Below, one piece after another: positions 33,788-44,226 of a stretch of DNA of 64,000 nt. Every line of letters begins with the position of its first letter. Positions within the stretch are counted from its first letter, which is position 1. Both the position numbers and the translations under genes were made by a program. Below the pieces are notes generated by a model that saw only the letters and a list, made by a program, of their open reading frames with translations, was not told the origin of the DNA and ran no database searches. Source of the DNA: Obrimoposthia wandeli (Eukaryota); the NCBI GenBank assembly GCA_977020255.1, contig CDROCS010000506.1:2976001-3040000 (forward strand), written 5' to 3'.

Positions 33788-33820
33788 AAAAAAGCCATTC
33801 TTGAATTAAGAATGGCTTTT
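33788..33820 (-). terminator. Terminator downstream of dehR
   Basis: AAAAGCCATTCTT-N5-AAGAATGGCTTTT with a T6 tail on the minus strand. Confidence 0.75.
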
Positions 33821-33947
33821 AAATAGCATTATGTCGAGGCTAGATTAAAGAGCAAGTTTGAATACATCAAATTGAGAATGTCGTTATGATATTTGAAGGC
33901 GAAATACATCCTAAGCTGCTCTCTTATCTAGCTATTATAATATGAAA

Positions 33948-34829
33948 CTATTTCTCTAATTTAGTAAAGTAATCGAAAATAACGGGTACGTCGTGACGAC
34001 CAAGACCAGCATCAACACCAGCTTGTAGTGCTTTAGAAGTACCTTCAGCGATTGGAGATTCAGTACCTAAATCAGAAACCATTTGTAAGAAGTAACCAAG
34101 ATCTTTGTTTGCATTAGCAACAGAGAAACCTAATTTTTCTTCATTATCTACAGCATAGAACTTAGTGAACTGCATGAATGGTGAGTTAGATGGACCAGCA
34201 GACATGATGTCGAATAATTGTTGACCGTCAACACCTGCAGCTTTTGCAACAGCAAACGCTTGTGACATAGCTGTCACTGTCGTCATACCAATGAAGTTAT
34301 TGATTAACTTCGTTGTGTGGCCAGCGCCTAATTTACCTAGGTGGAATACGTTTTCGCCTTGCTCTTCTAGAACAGGTTTAACTTTGTTGAAAGTCTCCAT
34401 GTCGCCAGCAGCCATGATGTTTAATAAACCATCTTTAGCGTGTGCAGGAGTACGACCTAAAGGAGCATCGATCATGCCACAGCCTTTCTCAGCTAGTGCA
34501 GCACCGATTTTAATCGTAGAAGCAGGAATAGAAGTACCGAAATCTACTAATGTAGAACCTTCTTTAATACCAGCTAAAATGCCGTCTTCACCGTAAACGA
34601 TCATTTCAACAACGTTAGAAGTTGTTAGACAGAATTCAACGATATCAGAAGCAGCTGCTAATTCTTTCGCTGAGGTGAATTGAGTCGCATTTCCACGAGC
34701 AAGAACAGCGTCAACTGCATCTTGGCTTAGATCCATTACATTTACTTGAAAACCACGTTTTTGTAGGTTTTCAACCATGTTGCCGCCCATAAGGCCAAGG
34801 CCGATGAAACCGATGACTGGTTTTGTCAT
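33948..34829 (-). CDS. dehR: DEH reductase (beta-hydroxyacid dehydrogenase fold)
   Basis: GFIGLGLMG, DAPLGRTP, TKLINN; resembles V. splendidus DehR as recalled; alginate context. Confidence 0.8.
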   Translation of the reverse strand: MTKPVIGFIGLGLMGGNMVENLQKRGFQVNVMDLSQDAVDAVLARGNATQFTSAKELAAASDIVEFCLTTSNVVEMIVYGEDGILAGIKEGSTLVDFGTSIPASTIKIGAALAEKGCGMIDAPLGRTPAHAKDGLLNIMAAGDMETFNKVKPVLEEQGENVFHLGKLGAGHTTKLINNFIGMTTVTAMSQAFAVAKAAGVDGQQLFDIMSAGPSNSPFMQFTKFYAVDNEEKLGFSVANANKDLGYFLQMVSDLGTESPIAEGTSKALQAGVDAGLGRHDVPVIFDYFTKLEK

Positions 34830-34926
34830 GTCTAACTCCTGAATATATTAATGTATGTTTATCAGAGTGCGAATAATATACGCAAGTCTCTTGATTAAGT
34901 ATGGGATTATAATAGATCTGTTTTAT

Positions 34927-34937
34927 TTGTATTACAA
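34927..34937. promoter_or_regulatory. GntR/FadR-subfamily operator overlapping the predicted -35 of dehR
   Basis: Minus strand reads TTGTAA(-35)-17 nt-TATTAT(-10); the operator TTGTAATACAA starts at the -35. Confidence 0.65.
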
Positions 34938-35060
34938 TAGTAATAATGAATTAAGATCAAATAAATTGAAGTTAAAAGTAAAAGTTTATTTCGATAATAT
35001 GATGGATAAATAAATTGTTTATTTGGCGGGAGAGTAAAAGGTATATAAGCAGGTATTGTT

Positions 35061-35088
35061 AATTGCAGGCCCTAGCAGGTCTGCAATT
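35061..35088. terminator. Hairpin downstream of the GntR regulator
   Basis: AATTGCAGGCC..GGTCTGCAATT. Confidence 0.5.
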
Positions 35089-35097
35089 GAGCATCAA

Positions 35098-35808
35098 TTA
35101 ACGCGTTGGTAGGCGATGGTTACTGTTATTTAATAAATCGCTATTGGCTTTTCTTGCTTTATCAGCATCACCAGCCATGATAGCCGAATAAATAGCACGA
35201 TGTTCATTGATACAAGTACCACCCTCTTCAGATGAATGGCCGATAAAGCTTTTAAACATTGTCTCGAGTACATTAGCAAACGGCAGATAAAATGAATTAC
35301 CTGTCGATAGAAATACCAAGCGGTGAAACTCCATGTCAGCATCTTTCCACTGTTCTAGGTCAAAATTAGCTGATATCTCATCCATTCGTTGAAAAGTTGC
35401 AGATAATAAGATGCGTTGTTCAGCTGTTGCATTTTTTGCCGCTAAAGCGGCCGCTTCTGGTTCAATTGCTTTACGTAATTCTAGAAATTCTTGATAAATA
35501 CTTTCGTTATCAAAGAGATCTGCTCCCCAATCTAATAGTTGAGAATCTAAAAAATTCCAATTTTCACGAGATTTAACACGCGTCCCAACTTTAGGTCGTG
35601 ACTCTAATAAACCTTTTGATGTTAATAGTTTGATCGCTTCACGTAAGGCTGTTCTGCTGATGTTAAACTGTTCACATAGCATCATTTCACTTGGAATTAT
35701 TTCATTCTGTTCCAATTTACCTGACAATATTTTTCTTGCTATTTCACGTGCTACTTGCACATGTAAACTGCGCTTTGAGCCTGGTATCTTTAAAAAAGAA
35801 TGATTCAT
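35098..35808 (-). CDS. GntR/FadR-subfamily (FCD) transcriptional regulator of the alginate locus
   Basis: wHTH SRTALREAIKLLTSKGLLESRPKVGT; FCD domain DMEFHRLV..INEHRAI. Confidence 0.88.
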   Translation of the reverse strand: MNHSFLKIPGSKRSLHVQVAREIARKILSGKLEQNEIIPSEMMLCEQFNISRTALREAIKLLTSKGLLESRPKVGTRVKSRENWNFLDSQLLDWGADLFDNESIYQEFLELRKAIEPEAAALAAKNATAEQRILLSATFQRMDEISANFDLEQWKDADMEFHRLVFLSTGNSFYLPFANVLETMFKSFIGHSSEEGGTCINEHRAIYSAIMAGDADKARKANSDLLNNSNHRLPTR

Positions 35809-35986
35809 AAATATCTTATGTTTAAATTTAACGTTAAAGGTAATTGTATGATGAATGCTAAGAAATAGATATAGGGTGTCACACAGAAAAAGGGTTCTAA
35901 GCGTAAATAGATGCTGTAATGGTCAAAGGTGTAATTGGCTATAAATAGATTAAACTACTTATAGCCAATATCTCGCTAATAATAAA

Positions 35987-36676
35987 TTAGAAGGAGTAGC
36001 GAAGGCCTACGCGACTTCTCAATTCACGTTTATCGGAAGTACTGCTAACATTGACATCACCAAACTCCAGCCAAGGCGTCCAATCACCCATCTTATAACT
36101 TGCTGTTAGGTTATTTTCATAGTTAGTGCTTTTATTATCATACAATATGTAGGTGCTAGAGTGCGCATCATAATAGTTCATTTCTAATCCTAGGCTCAAA
36201 TTATCAATGCTGTAGCCTAAGTTAAGTGTGTAACGATTTCGGTATTTTTTATCTTGTCCTTCTTCATCTCTTTGGTCTGGCTTAACATCTAAACGATAGC
36301 GACCACTAACTGAAAAGTTTTCAATAGATTCTGGTTTGTACGTTAAACGTAATTGTGGCTTGTAAGTAACGCTTGATGCGCCGAATTCAATTGGCATACC
36401 TGGCTGTAAAGCCCATTGATTGTTAATATCCCATTTGTAATTCAGACCAATTTCAGAACCATTATTCTGTAATTCCTCCATGAACTTACCTTCAGCTCCT
36501 TTAAATTTAACTTCTAAATCAACCATAAAGTTATTTTCAAAAGTCGTTGCCATCTTAACGCGACTAGCATGCTGTTTCGAATCACTTTTATACTCATGGC
36601 GAAAGTCGATAGAACTTGCGTGAACAGTTAGAACGCTACTAGAGATAACTAAAACAGCTAGTTTGGTTAGTTTCAT
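35987..36676 (-). CDS. kdgM: KdgM-family oligosaccharide porin
   Basis: Signal peptide MKLTKLAVL..VHA, SIDFRHEY, PGMPIEF, C-terminal RVGLRYSF. Confidence 0.85.
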   Translation of the reverse strand: MKLTKLAVLVISSSVLTVHASSIDFRHEYKSDSKQHASRVKMATTFENNFMVDLEVKFKGAEGKFMEELQNNGSEIGLNYKWDINNQWALQPGMPIEFGASSVTYKPQLRLTYKPESIENFSVSGRYRLDVKPDQRDEEGQDKKYRNRYTLNLGYSIDNLSLGLEMNYYDAHSSTYILYDNKSTNYENNLTASYKMGDWTPWLEFGDVNVSSTSDKRELRSRVGLRYSF

Positions 36677-36698
36677 AATGCACCCTTTAAATGTAATT

Positions 36699-36709
36699 TT
36701 GTAATACAA
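36699..36709. promoter_or_regulatory. GntR/FadR-subfamily operator upstream of kdgM
   Basis: Exact TTGTAATACAA, 22 nt from the kdgM start codon. Confidence 0.65.
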
Positions 36710-37059
36710 TAGGATTTTAGATTAGCAGTGATAAGAATATGATGTCCACTATGCCATTGGGGGTATTTCTGAATGTGTGAGCTGTGCAGTGGTTATTAAA
36801 TGAAGGTATTATTGAATATGTGAACAATACCTCTATTTTATAAAATAGAAGTATTGTTGTAGTGATACTTTCTTTTTCAGCTAATGATAGTGGCCTAACT
36901 CTAGCTATCTTAAGTTGCGATATTGATCTTTATAAGGTTTAATTGTTGTAGATACAAAAAAAGTTTTACTCTCCCTTGTTTTTGTATAAATCGCCCATAC
37001 CTAGTTATTTAAGCAACACAGTAACTGTGTTTATCATTAAGAATTATGGAATTTTAATT

Positions 37060-37677
37060 ATGTCTGAATTTGCAACAAGTGAACAAAAAGGTAGTTACGG
37101 TATTGGTCTTCAAATGGGTCAACAGCTTGCTGCTAACCCATTCGAAGGTTTAGACATTTCAGCTGTTCAAGCTGGTCTTGCAGATGCATTCGCTGGTGAA
37201 GAAAGCAAAGTTAGCAACGAAGATCTAAACGCTGCTTTTCAACTAATTCATGAAAAACTAGAAGCAGAAAAAGCTGAGAAATCAAAACTTTTTGCTGCTG
37301 AAGGCGAAGTATTCCTAACTGCAAACGCAGAACGTGAAGAAGTTACTGTAACTGAATCTGGTCTACAGTACGAAGTTATCGCACGTGGCGACATCGAGCA
37401 AAAACCAACTGCAGAATCTACAGTACGTGTTCATTACCATGGCATGCTAACTGACGGCACTGTATTTGATAGCTCTGTTGAACGTGGTCAACCTGCTGAA
37501 TTCCCAGTTGGCGGCGTTATCGCTGGTTGGACTGAAGCACTACAACTAATGAACGTTGGTGATAAATTTAAACTATCTATCCCACACACACTTGCTTATG
37601 GCGAACAGGGCGCAGGCGCTGCAATCGGTCCATTCCAAGCACTAGTATTTGAAGTAGAACTATTAGACATCATCTAA
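37060..37677 (+). CDS. fklB: FKBP-type peptidyl-prolyl isomerase
   Basis: SYGIGLQMG, ESGLQYEVI, VHYHGMLTDGTVFDSS, VIAGWTEALQLM. Confidence 0.9.
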   Translation: MSEFATSEQKGSYGIGLQMGQQLAANPFEGLDISAVQAGLADAFAGEESKVSNEDLNAAFQLIHEKLEAEKAEKSKLFAAEGEVFLTANAEREEVTVTESGLQYEVIARGDIEQKPTAESTVRVHYHGMLTDGTVFDSSVERGQPAEFPVGGVIAGWTEALQLMNVGDKFKLSIPHTLAYGEQGAGAAIGPFQALVFEVELLDII

Positions 37678-37699
37678 TCAGTCCTATTACAGACTAGCG

Positions 37700-37739
37700 A
37701 AACGCCTTGTTTATAGTGATATGAACAAGGCGTTTTTTT
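37700..37739 (+). terminator. fklB terminator
   Basis: AAACGCCTTGTT..AACAAGGCGTTT plus T tract. Confidence 0.8.
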
Positions 37740-37968
37740 ATGTCAAAAATACAGACGTAGTTCGATCTTTATAGCATGTTAATATGACGATCATATTGAG
37801 ATAGTAGTGCGTTTACATTGAGATAGTCATGTTGTTATTAGACACTAATTACATATCTGACATTACCTATAAAGTAATAAATTCATATTTTAGCCAATAT
37901 AATTACTGCTGTGCACTGATTATTTAGGTAATATTTATTGATATACATCAATTTATGGATAATGAGTA

Positions 37969-38079
37969 ATGGCAACGTATAACGATTTTAACTGGAAATA
38001 TGCACTGGTATTTTTAATTGTATTTTTAACAATACCAACAATGCACCTATGGGCTGGCCTATTTGGCATTTTCGGTTAA
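37969..38079 (+). CDS. Predicted 36-aa single-TM microprotein (absent from the ORF track)
   Basis: Manual translation MATYNDFNWKYALVFLIVFLTIPTMHLWAGLFGIFG*; has its own terminator 21 nt downstream. Confidence 0.6.
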   Translation: MATYNDFNWKYALVFLIVFLTIPTMHLWAGLFGIFG

Positions 38080-38100
38080 TAGCTGATACTCAGTATCATG

Positions 38101-38137
38101 AACCCGCATTCTAATACCTAGAATAGCGGGTTTTTTT
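38101..38137 (+). terminator. Terminator after the microprotein
   Basis: AACCCGC-ATTCTA..TAGAAT-A-GCGGGTT plus T tract. Confidence 0.75.
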
Positions 38138-38253
38138 ATACCCCATTTTTATCTTTAAGAAACGCAACTAGGCATTGTTGATGTGTTTCGAGGAGTGTTA
38201 TCATCAAAGTACGCTAACTATTTGATTAATGAAAAACACAGGGAGAAGTCTAG

Positions 38254-39066
<813 letters not shown>

Positions 39067-39093
39067 TTAAAAATTCAAACGAAAATAAAACAG

Positions 39094-39133
39094 TTGCGTA
39101 ACATTTATTTTTTCTGTATTATGCGCGGAATTT
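39094..39133 (+). promoter_or_regulatory. Sigma-70 promoter of carAB with GC-rich discriminator
   Basis: TTGCGT-17-TATTAT, then GCGCGG, then AATTTG. Confidence 0.6.
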
Positions 39134-39254
39134 GCCAAAATTTAGTAATTCAGAGGTTGGTTTTTTAATCTCGAATTACTATGCTGTGTGACAGCCTGGG
39201 GTAAATAGTTGATTTATTTTATTATTTTTCTATCTATTTTTTTTGGAGGTTGTC

Positions 39255-40400
39255 TTGAGTAATATCGCCTTGTTGGTGTTGGAAGACGGAACAGTATTCC
39301 GTGGTGTGTCTATCGGTGCAGAAGGTCATTCGGTAGGTGAAGTGGTTTTTAATACTTCAATGACTGGTTATCAAGAAATATTAACCGATCCTTCCTATTC
39401 TCGCCAAATCGTTACTCTTACTTACCCACACATCGGAAACACCGGTACAAATGATGAAGATGCTGAATCTCCAGATGTTCATGCTTGTGGTCTAATCATT
39501 CGAGATCTTCCTTTAGTTACTTCTAACTTCCGTAATCAACAAACACTTACTGATTATTTAAAAGAACGTAATGTTGTTGGTATCGCTGATATCGATACGC
39601 GTAAACTGACACGTATCTTACGTGAAAAAGGTGCGCAAGCGGGTTGTATCATCGCTGGTGACAACTTAGATGAAACACACGCATTAGAACTTGCTAAAGC
39701 ATTCCCAGGTCTTAAAGGCATGGATTTAGCAAAAGAAGTTACAGTGAAAGAAGCATACGAATGGAACCAAGGTAGCTGGACGTTAACAGGTGGTTTACCT
39801 GCAGACGCAACAGACTCACGTTTCCACGTTGTTGCTTATGACTATGGTGTTAAACGTAATATCTTACGTATGTTAGTTGACCGTGGTTGCCGTATAACGG
39901 TTGTACCTGCGCAAACAACTGCAAAAGAAGTATTAGCGTTAAACCCAGATGGTATCTTCCTATCAAATGGTCCTGGCGATCCACAGCCATGTGATTATGC
40001 AATCGCAGCGATCAAAGAAATTCTAGAAACAGATATTCCTGTATTTGGTATTTGTTTAGGTCACCAGTTACTTGCATTAGCAAGTGGTGCTAAAACATTA
40101 AAAATGAAGTTCGGTCATCATGGTGCTAACCACCCTGTAAAAGACATGGAACGTGGCGTAGTAATGATTACGGCGCAGAACCATGGTTTCGCAGTTGATC
40201 AAACAACATTACCGGAAAATCTAGTAATGACGCATAAATCATTATTTGATGACTCTTTACAAGGTCTTCATCGTACAGATAAACCAGCATTTAGTTTCCA
40301 GGGTCACCCTGAAGCAAGTCCTGGTCCGCACGATGCCGCTCCACTTTTCAATCACTTTATTGAGTTGATGGAAAAGAGTATGGAAGCAAGCAAAGCCTAA
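39255..40400 (+). CDS. carA: Carbamoyl-phosphate synthase small subunit (TTG start)
   Basis: [38 protein letters not shown]; GGAGG RBS at 39245-39249. Confidence 0.97.
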   Translation: MSNIALLVLEDGTVFRGVSIGAEGHSVGEVVFNTSMTGYQEILTDPSYSRQIVTLTYPHIGNTGTNDEDAESPDVHACGLIIRDLPLVTSNFRNQQTLTDYLKERNVVGIADIDTRKLTRILREKGAQAGCIIAGDNLDETHALELAKAFPGLKGMDLAKEVTVKEAYEWNQGSWTLTGGLPADATDSRFHVVAYDYGVKRNILRMLVDRGCRITVVPAQTTAKEVLALNPDGIFLSNGPGDPQPCDYAIAAIKEILETDIPVFGICLGHQLLALASGAKTLKMKFGHHGANHPVKDMERGVVMITAQNHGFAVDQTTLPENLVMTHKSLFDDSLQGLHRTDKPAFSFQGHPEASPGPHDAAPLFNHFIELMEKSMEASKA

Positions 40401-40439
40401 GCCAAATGTCGAGTTGATAGACTAGTAGAGAATTGAACT

Positions 40440-43400
40440 ATGCCAAAACGTAATGATATAAAAAGTATTCTAATCTTGGGCGCAGGTCCAATCGTAATTG
40501 GTCAAGCGTGTGAGTTTGACTATTCCGGTGCCCAAGCTTGTAAAGCACTTCGTGAAGAAGGCTACCGAGTTATTCTGGTTAACTCAAACCCAGCTACGAT
40601 TATGACTGACCCTGAAATGGCGGACGCGACTTACATCGAGCCAATCCATTGGGAAGTTGTACGTAACATCATCGAAAAAGAGCGTCCAGACGCGATTTTA
40701 CCAACGATGGGTGGTCAAACAGCATTAAACTGCGCACTTGAGCTAGACAGCAAAGGTGTTTTAGCTGAGTTTAACGTTGAACTGATTGGCGCTACTGCTG
40801 ATGCAATCGACAAAGCGGAAGACCGTAGTCGTTTTGATAAAGCAATGAAAGCAATTGGCCTTGAAACGCCACGTGCCGGTATCGCACATACAATTGAAGA
40901 AGCAAAAGGCGTACTCGCTGAAGTTGGTTTCCCATGTATCATTCGTCCATCGTTCACTATGGGTGGCACGGGTGGCGGTATCGCTTACAACATGGAAGAG
41001 TTCATCGACATTTGTACGTTAGGTCTAGACCTTTCGCCAACAACAGAATTATTGATCGATGAATCACTAATCGGTTGGAAAGAGTACGAGACTGAAGTTG
41101 TACGTGATAAAAACGACAACTGCATCATCGTATGTACAATTGAAAACTTTGACCCAATGGGCATCCACACGGGTGACTCAATTACGGTTGCACCAGCACA
41201 AACATTAACGGATAAAGAATACCAAATCATGCGTAATGCATCGATGGCTGTTCTACGTGAAATTGGTGTTGAAACAGGTGGTTCAAACGTACAGTTTGGT
41301 ATTAACCCTGAAGATGGCCGTATGGTTATCATCGAGATGAACCCACGTGTATCACGTTCATCAGCACTTGCATCTAAAGCAACGGGTTTCCCAATTGCTA
41401 AAATTGCTGCAAAACTAGCTGTAGGTTACACACTAGACGAATTATCAAATGATATTACTGGCGGCGCAACACCAGCATCATTTGAACCAACACTAGATTA
41501 CGTTGTTACTAAGCTGCCACGCTTTAACTTCGAAAAATTTGCTGGTGCTAACGACCGTCTAACGACACAGATGAAATCTGTTGGTGAAGTAATGGCAATT
41601 GGCCGTAACTTCCAAGAGTCTTTACAAAAAGCACTACGCGGTTTAGAAATTGGTAAAAATGGTTTAGACCCAGAAGTTAATCTAAACGATGATACTGCAG
41701 CTGCAACAATTCGTCATGAATTAATGGAAGCTGGCGCTGAGCGTATCTTCTATATTGCTGACGCATTCCGTAGCGGCATGACGTGCGATGAGATTTATGC
41801 AATTACCTGTGTTGACCATTGGTTCCTTGTACAAATTGAAGACCTAGTTAAAGCAGAAGAAAACGTAAGTAAAATCGGCCTGTCTGGCTTAGATGAAACA
41901 ACATTACGTCAACTTAAGCGTAAAGGTTTCTCTGATATACGTTTGTCTAAACTTGCTGGTGTAAGCGAAAACGAAGTACGTAAATTACGTCATCGTTTAG
42001 ACATCTTACCGGTTTACAAGCGTGTTGATACTTGTGCTGCTGAGTTCTCAAGCGACACGGCTTACATGTACTCTACATACGATGAAGAGTGTGAAGCGAA
42101 CCCAACTGATAATGATAAAATCATGATCATTGGTGGCGGTCCTAACCGTATTGGTCAAGGTATCGAATTCGATTACTGTTGTGTACACGCTGCATTAGCA
42201 ATGCGTGAAGACGGCTACGAAACTATCATGGTTAACTGTAACCCTGAAACGGTTTCAACAGATTACGATACTTCAGATCGTCTATACTTCGAACCTATTA
42301 CATTAGAAGATGTACTAGAAATCGTACGTGTAGAAAAGCCTAAAGGCGTGATCGTGCAGTACGGTGGTCAAACTCCACTTAAACTAGCACGTGAATTAGA
42401 AGCGGCTGGCGTACCAATTATCGGTACTTCACCGGATGCGATTGACCGTTCAGAAGATCGCGAACGTTTCCAACAAGCTGTTGACCGTTTAGGTCTACTA
42501 CAGCCTGACAACGCAACGGTAACAACGACTGAGCAAGCGGTTATTTCTGCTGAAGGTATCGGTTATCCGTTAGTTGTTCGTCCATCATATGTACTTGGTG
42601 GCCGTGCAATGGAAATTGTATATGACGAAATCGATTTACGTCGTTACTTTAAAGAAGCGGTAAGTGTTTCTAACGAATCACCAGTACTACTTGACCGTTT
42701 CCTAGATAACGCTATCGAACTTGACGTTGACGCAATCTGTGACGGCAAAGATGTTGTTATTGGCGGCATCATGGAGCACATCGAACAAGCAGGTGTTCAC
42801 TCAGGTGACTCAGGTTGTTCATTACCTCCTTATTCATTAAGCCCTGAAATTCTAGACGTTATGCGCGGCCAAGTACGTGCACTAGCATTAGAATTAGGTG
42901 TTATTGGTCTAATGAATACGCAGTTCGCTGTGAAAGATAACGAAGTTTACTTAATTGAAGTTAACCCGCGTGCTGCACGTACTGTTCCTTTTGTTTCAAA
43001 AGCAACGGGTGTGCAACTTGCGAAAGTTGCTGCACGTGTAATGGCTGGCCAAACGTTAGTTGAACTTGGTTTCACTGAAGAAGTTATTCCACCATACTTC
43101 TCTGTTAAAGAAGTTGTATTACCATTCGGTAAGTTCCCTGGTTCAGACCCGTTATTAGGTCCTGAAATGCGTTCTACTGGTGAAGTAATGGGTGTGGGTG
43201 ATACCTTCGCTGAAGCTTACGCTAAAGCACAGCTTGGTGCTTCTGCTGAAGTTGCTAAGAGTGGTCGTGCGCTTATCTCAGTGCGTAACGGCGATAAAGC
43301 CCGCGCAGCTGAATTAGCAAAACAACTTATTGCACTTGGTTTTGAAATCGATGCGACTCACGGTACTGCTGTTGCACTAGGTGAAGAGGGTGTTAACCTT

Positions 43401-43658
43401 CGTCTAGTAAACAAGGTACATGAAGGTCGTCCTCATATTCTTGACCGTATCAAAAATGGCGAATACAGCTACATCATTAATACGACTGAAGGTCGTGTTG
43501 CGATTGAAGACTCTCGTCAACTACGTGCAGCAGCTTTACGTTATAAAGTTAACTACACAACAACAATGAATGCTGCATTTGCAACGTGCCAAGCGCACTC
43601 TGCTGATGACCGTGGTACTGTTCGTTCAATTCAAGAACTACATACACGTATTAAGTAA
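40440..43658 (+). CDS. carB: Carbamoyl-phosphate synthase large subunit
   Basis: [30 protein letters not shown]; duplicated ATP-grasp domains; 1072 aa. Confidence 0.99.
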   Translation: MPKRNDIKSILILGAGPIVIGQACEFDYSGAQACKALREEGYRVILVNSNPATIMTDPEMADATYIEPIHWEVVRNIIEKERPDAILPTMGGQTALNCALELDSKGVLAEFNVELIGATADAIDKAEDRSRFDKAMKAIGLETPRAGIAHTIEEAKGVLAEVGFPCIIRPSFTMGGTGGGIAYNMEEFIDICTLGLDLSPTTELLIDESLIGWKEYETEVVRDKNDNCIIVCTIENFDPMGIHTGDSITVAPAQTLTDKEYQIMRNASMAVLREIGVETGGSNVQFGINPEDGRMVIIEMNPRVSRSSALASKATGFPIAKIAAKLAVGYTLDELSNDITGGATPASFEPTLDYVVTKLPRFNFEKFAGANDRLTTQMKSVGEVMAIGRNFQESLQKALRGLEIGKNGLDPEVNLNDDTAAATIRHELMEAGAERIFYIADAFRSGMTCDEIYAITCVDHWFLVQIEDLVKAEENVSKIGLSGLDETTLRQLKRKGFSDIRLSKLAGVSENEVRKLRHRLDILPVYKRVDTCAAEFSSDTAYMYSTYDEECEANPTDNDKIMIIGGGPNRIGQGIEFDYCCVHAALAMREDGYETIMVNCNPETVSTDYDTSDRLYFEPITLEDVLEIVRVEKPKGVIVQYGGQTPLKLARELEAAGVPIIGTSPDAIDRSEDRERFQQAVDRLGLLQPDNATVTTTEQAVISAEGIGYPLVVRPSYVLGGRAMEIVYDEIDLRRYFKEAVSVSNESPVLLDRFLDNAIELDVDAICDGKDVVIGGIMEHIEQAGVHSGDSGCSLPPYSLSPEILDVMRGQVRALALELGVIGLMNTQFAVKDNEVYLIEVNPRAARTVPFVSKATGVQLAKVAARVMAGQTLVELGFTEEVIPPYFSVKEVVLPFGKFPGSDPLLGPEMRSTGEVMGVGDTFAEAYAKAQLGASAEVAKSGRALISVRNGDKARAAELAKQLIALGFEIDATHGTAVALGEEGVNLRLVNKVHEGRPHILDRIKNGEYSYIINTTEGRVAIEDSRQLRAAALRYKVNYTTTMNAAFATCQAHSADDRGTVRSIQELHTRIK

Positions 43659-43718
43659 GTCTTTAAGCGGTAACTCTTCATTGAGTTATCGCTTACTTAC
43701 TCAGTATTTATAGTTAAT

Positions 43719-43769
43719 AAAAAACCTCGTTGTTCTTGTTATATATAACAGAAGCAACGAGGTTTTTTT
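43719..43769. terminator. Bidirectional terminator after carB
   Basis: AAAAAACCTCGTTG..CAACGAGGTTTTTT. Confidence 0.8.
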
Positions 43770-43793
43770 ATATCTGCAATTTGTGGTGATTAA

Positions 43794-44015
43794 CTACAGT
43801 TCAAATTCCAATTCAATAAAAGTACAACCCTTCACGCAGCTCACGCCGGATTTTGACGCATCATTTTTATTTTTTGGTGGTAACAATTTTAATGGTTGTT
43901 GGCATACAGGACATAACACTGTTTTTCCAAGGCATACTTTTTTGATGGTATTACGCTGTTCGTGAAATGATTTTGAACTGTTTTTATTGATATCTGAAAA
44001 ATCTAGTTTTGACAT
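43794..44015 (-). CDS. 73-aa hypothetical protein with a possible 4-Cys zinc site
   Basis: CPVC..CVKGC; intact ORF followed by a terminator. Confidence 0.65.
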   Translation of the reverse strand: MSKLDFSDINKNSSKSFHEQRNTIKKVCLGKTVLCPVCQQPLKLLPPKNKNDASKSGVSCVKGCTFIELEFEL

Positions 44016-44226
44016 AATAACTCTTTAATTGTGCGTGTTTTTTTCTTTAATTACACCTGTGGTTTACTTATTTATGTTACTGAATTTGATCAAAGTACAT
44101 AAGTGTTAACTGTGGGCATATTCAATAATTATTGAACATTTTACCTGTTTATTGAGAGAAGAGTAGCAGTGATTACATTTTATTCTAAGGTTATCGCTAC
44201 TGCTTGATGTTCGGATTAGCACTGTC

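Noticed and set aside
18400-37060. Integrase, transposase, att sites or tRNA anchor for the alginate island
   Set aside because: None visible at either edge; mobility is inferred only from gene content.
38138-38253. Lysine riboswitch upstream of dapB
   Set aside because: Interval too short and lacking the conserved motifs.
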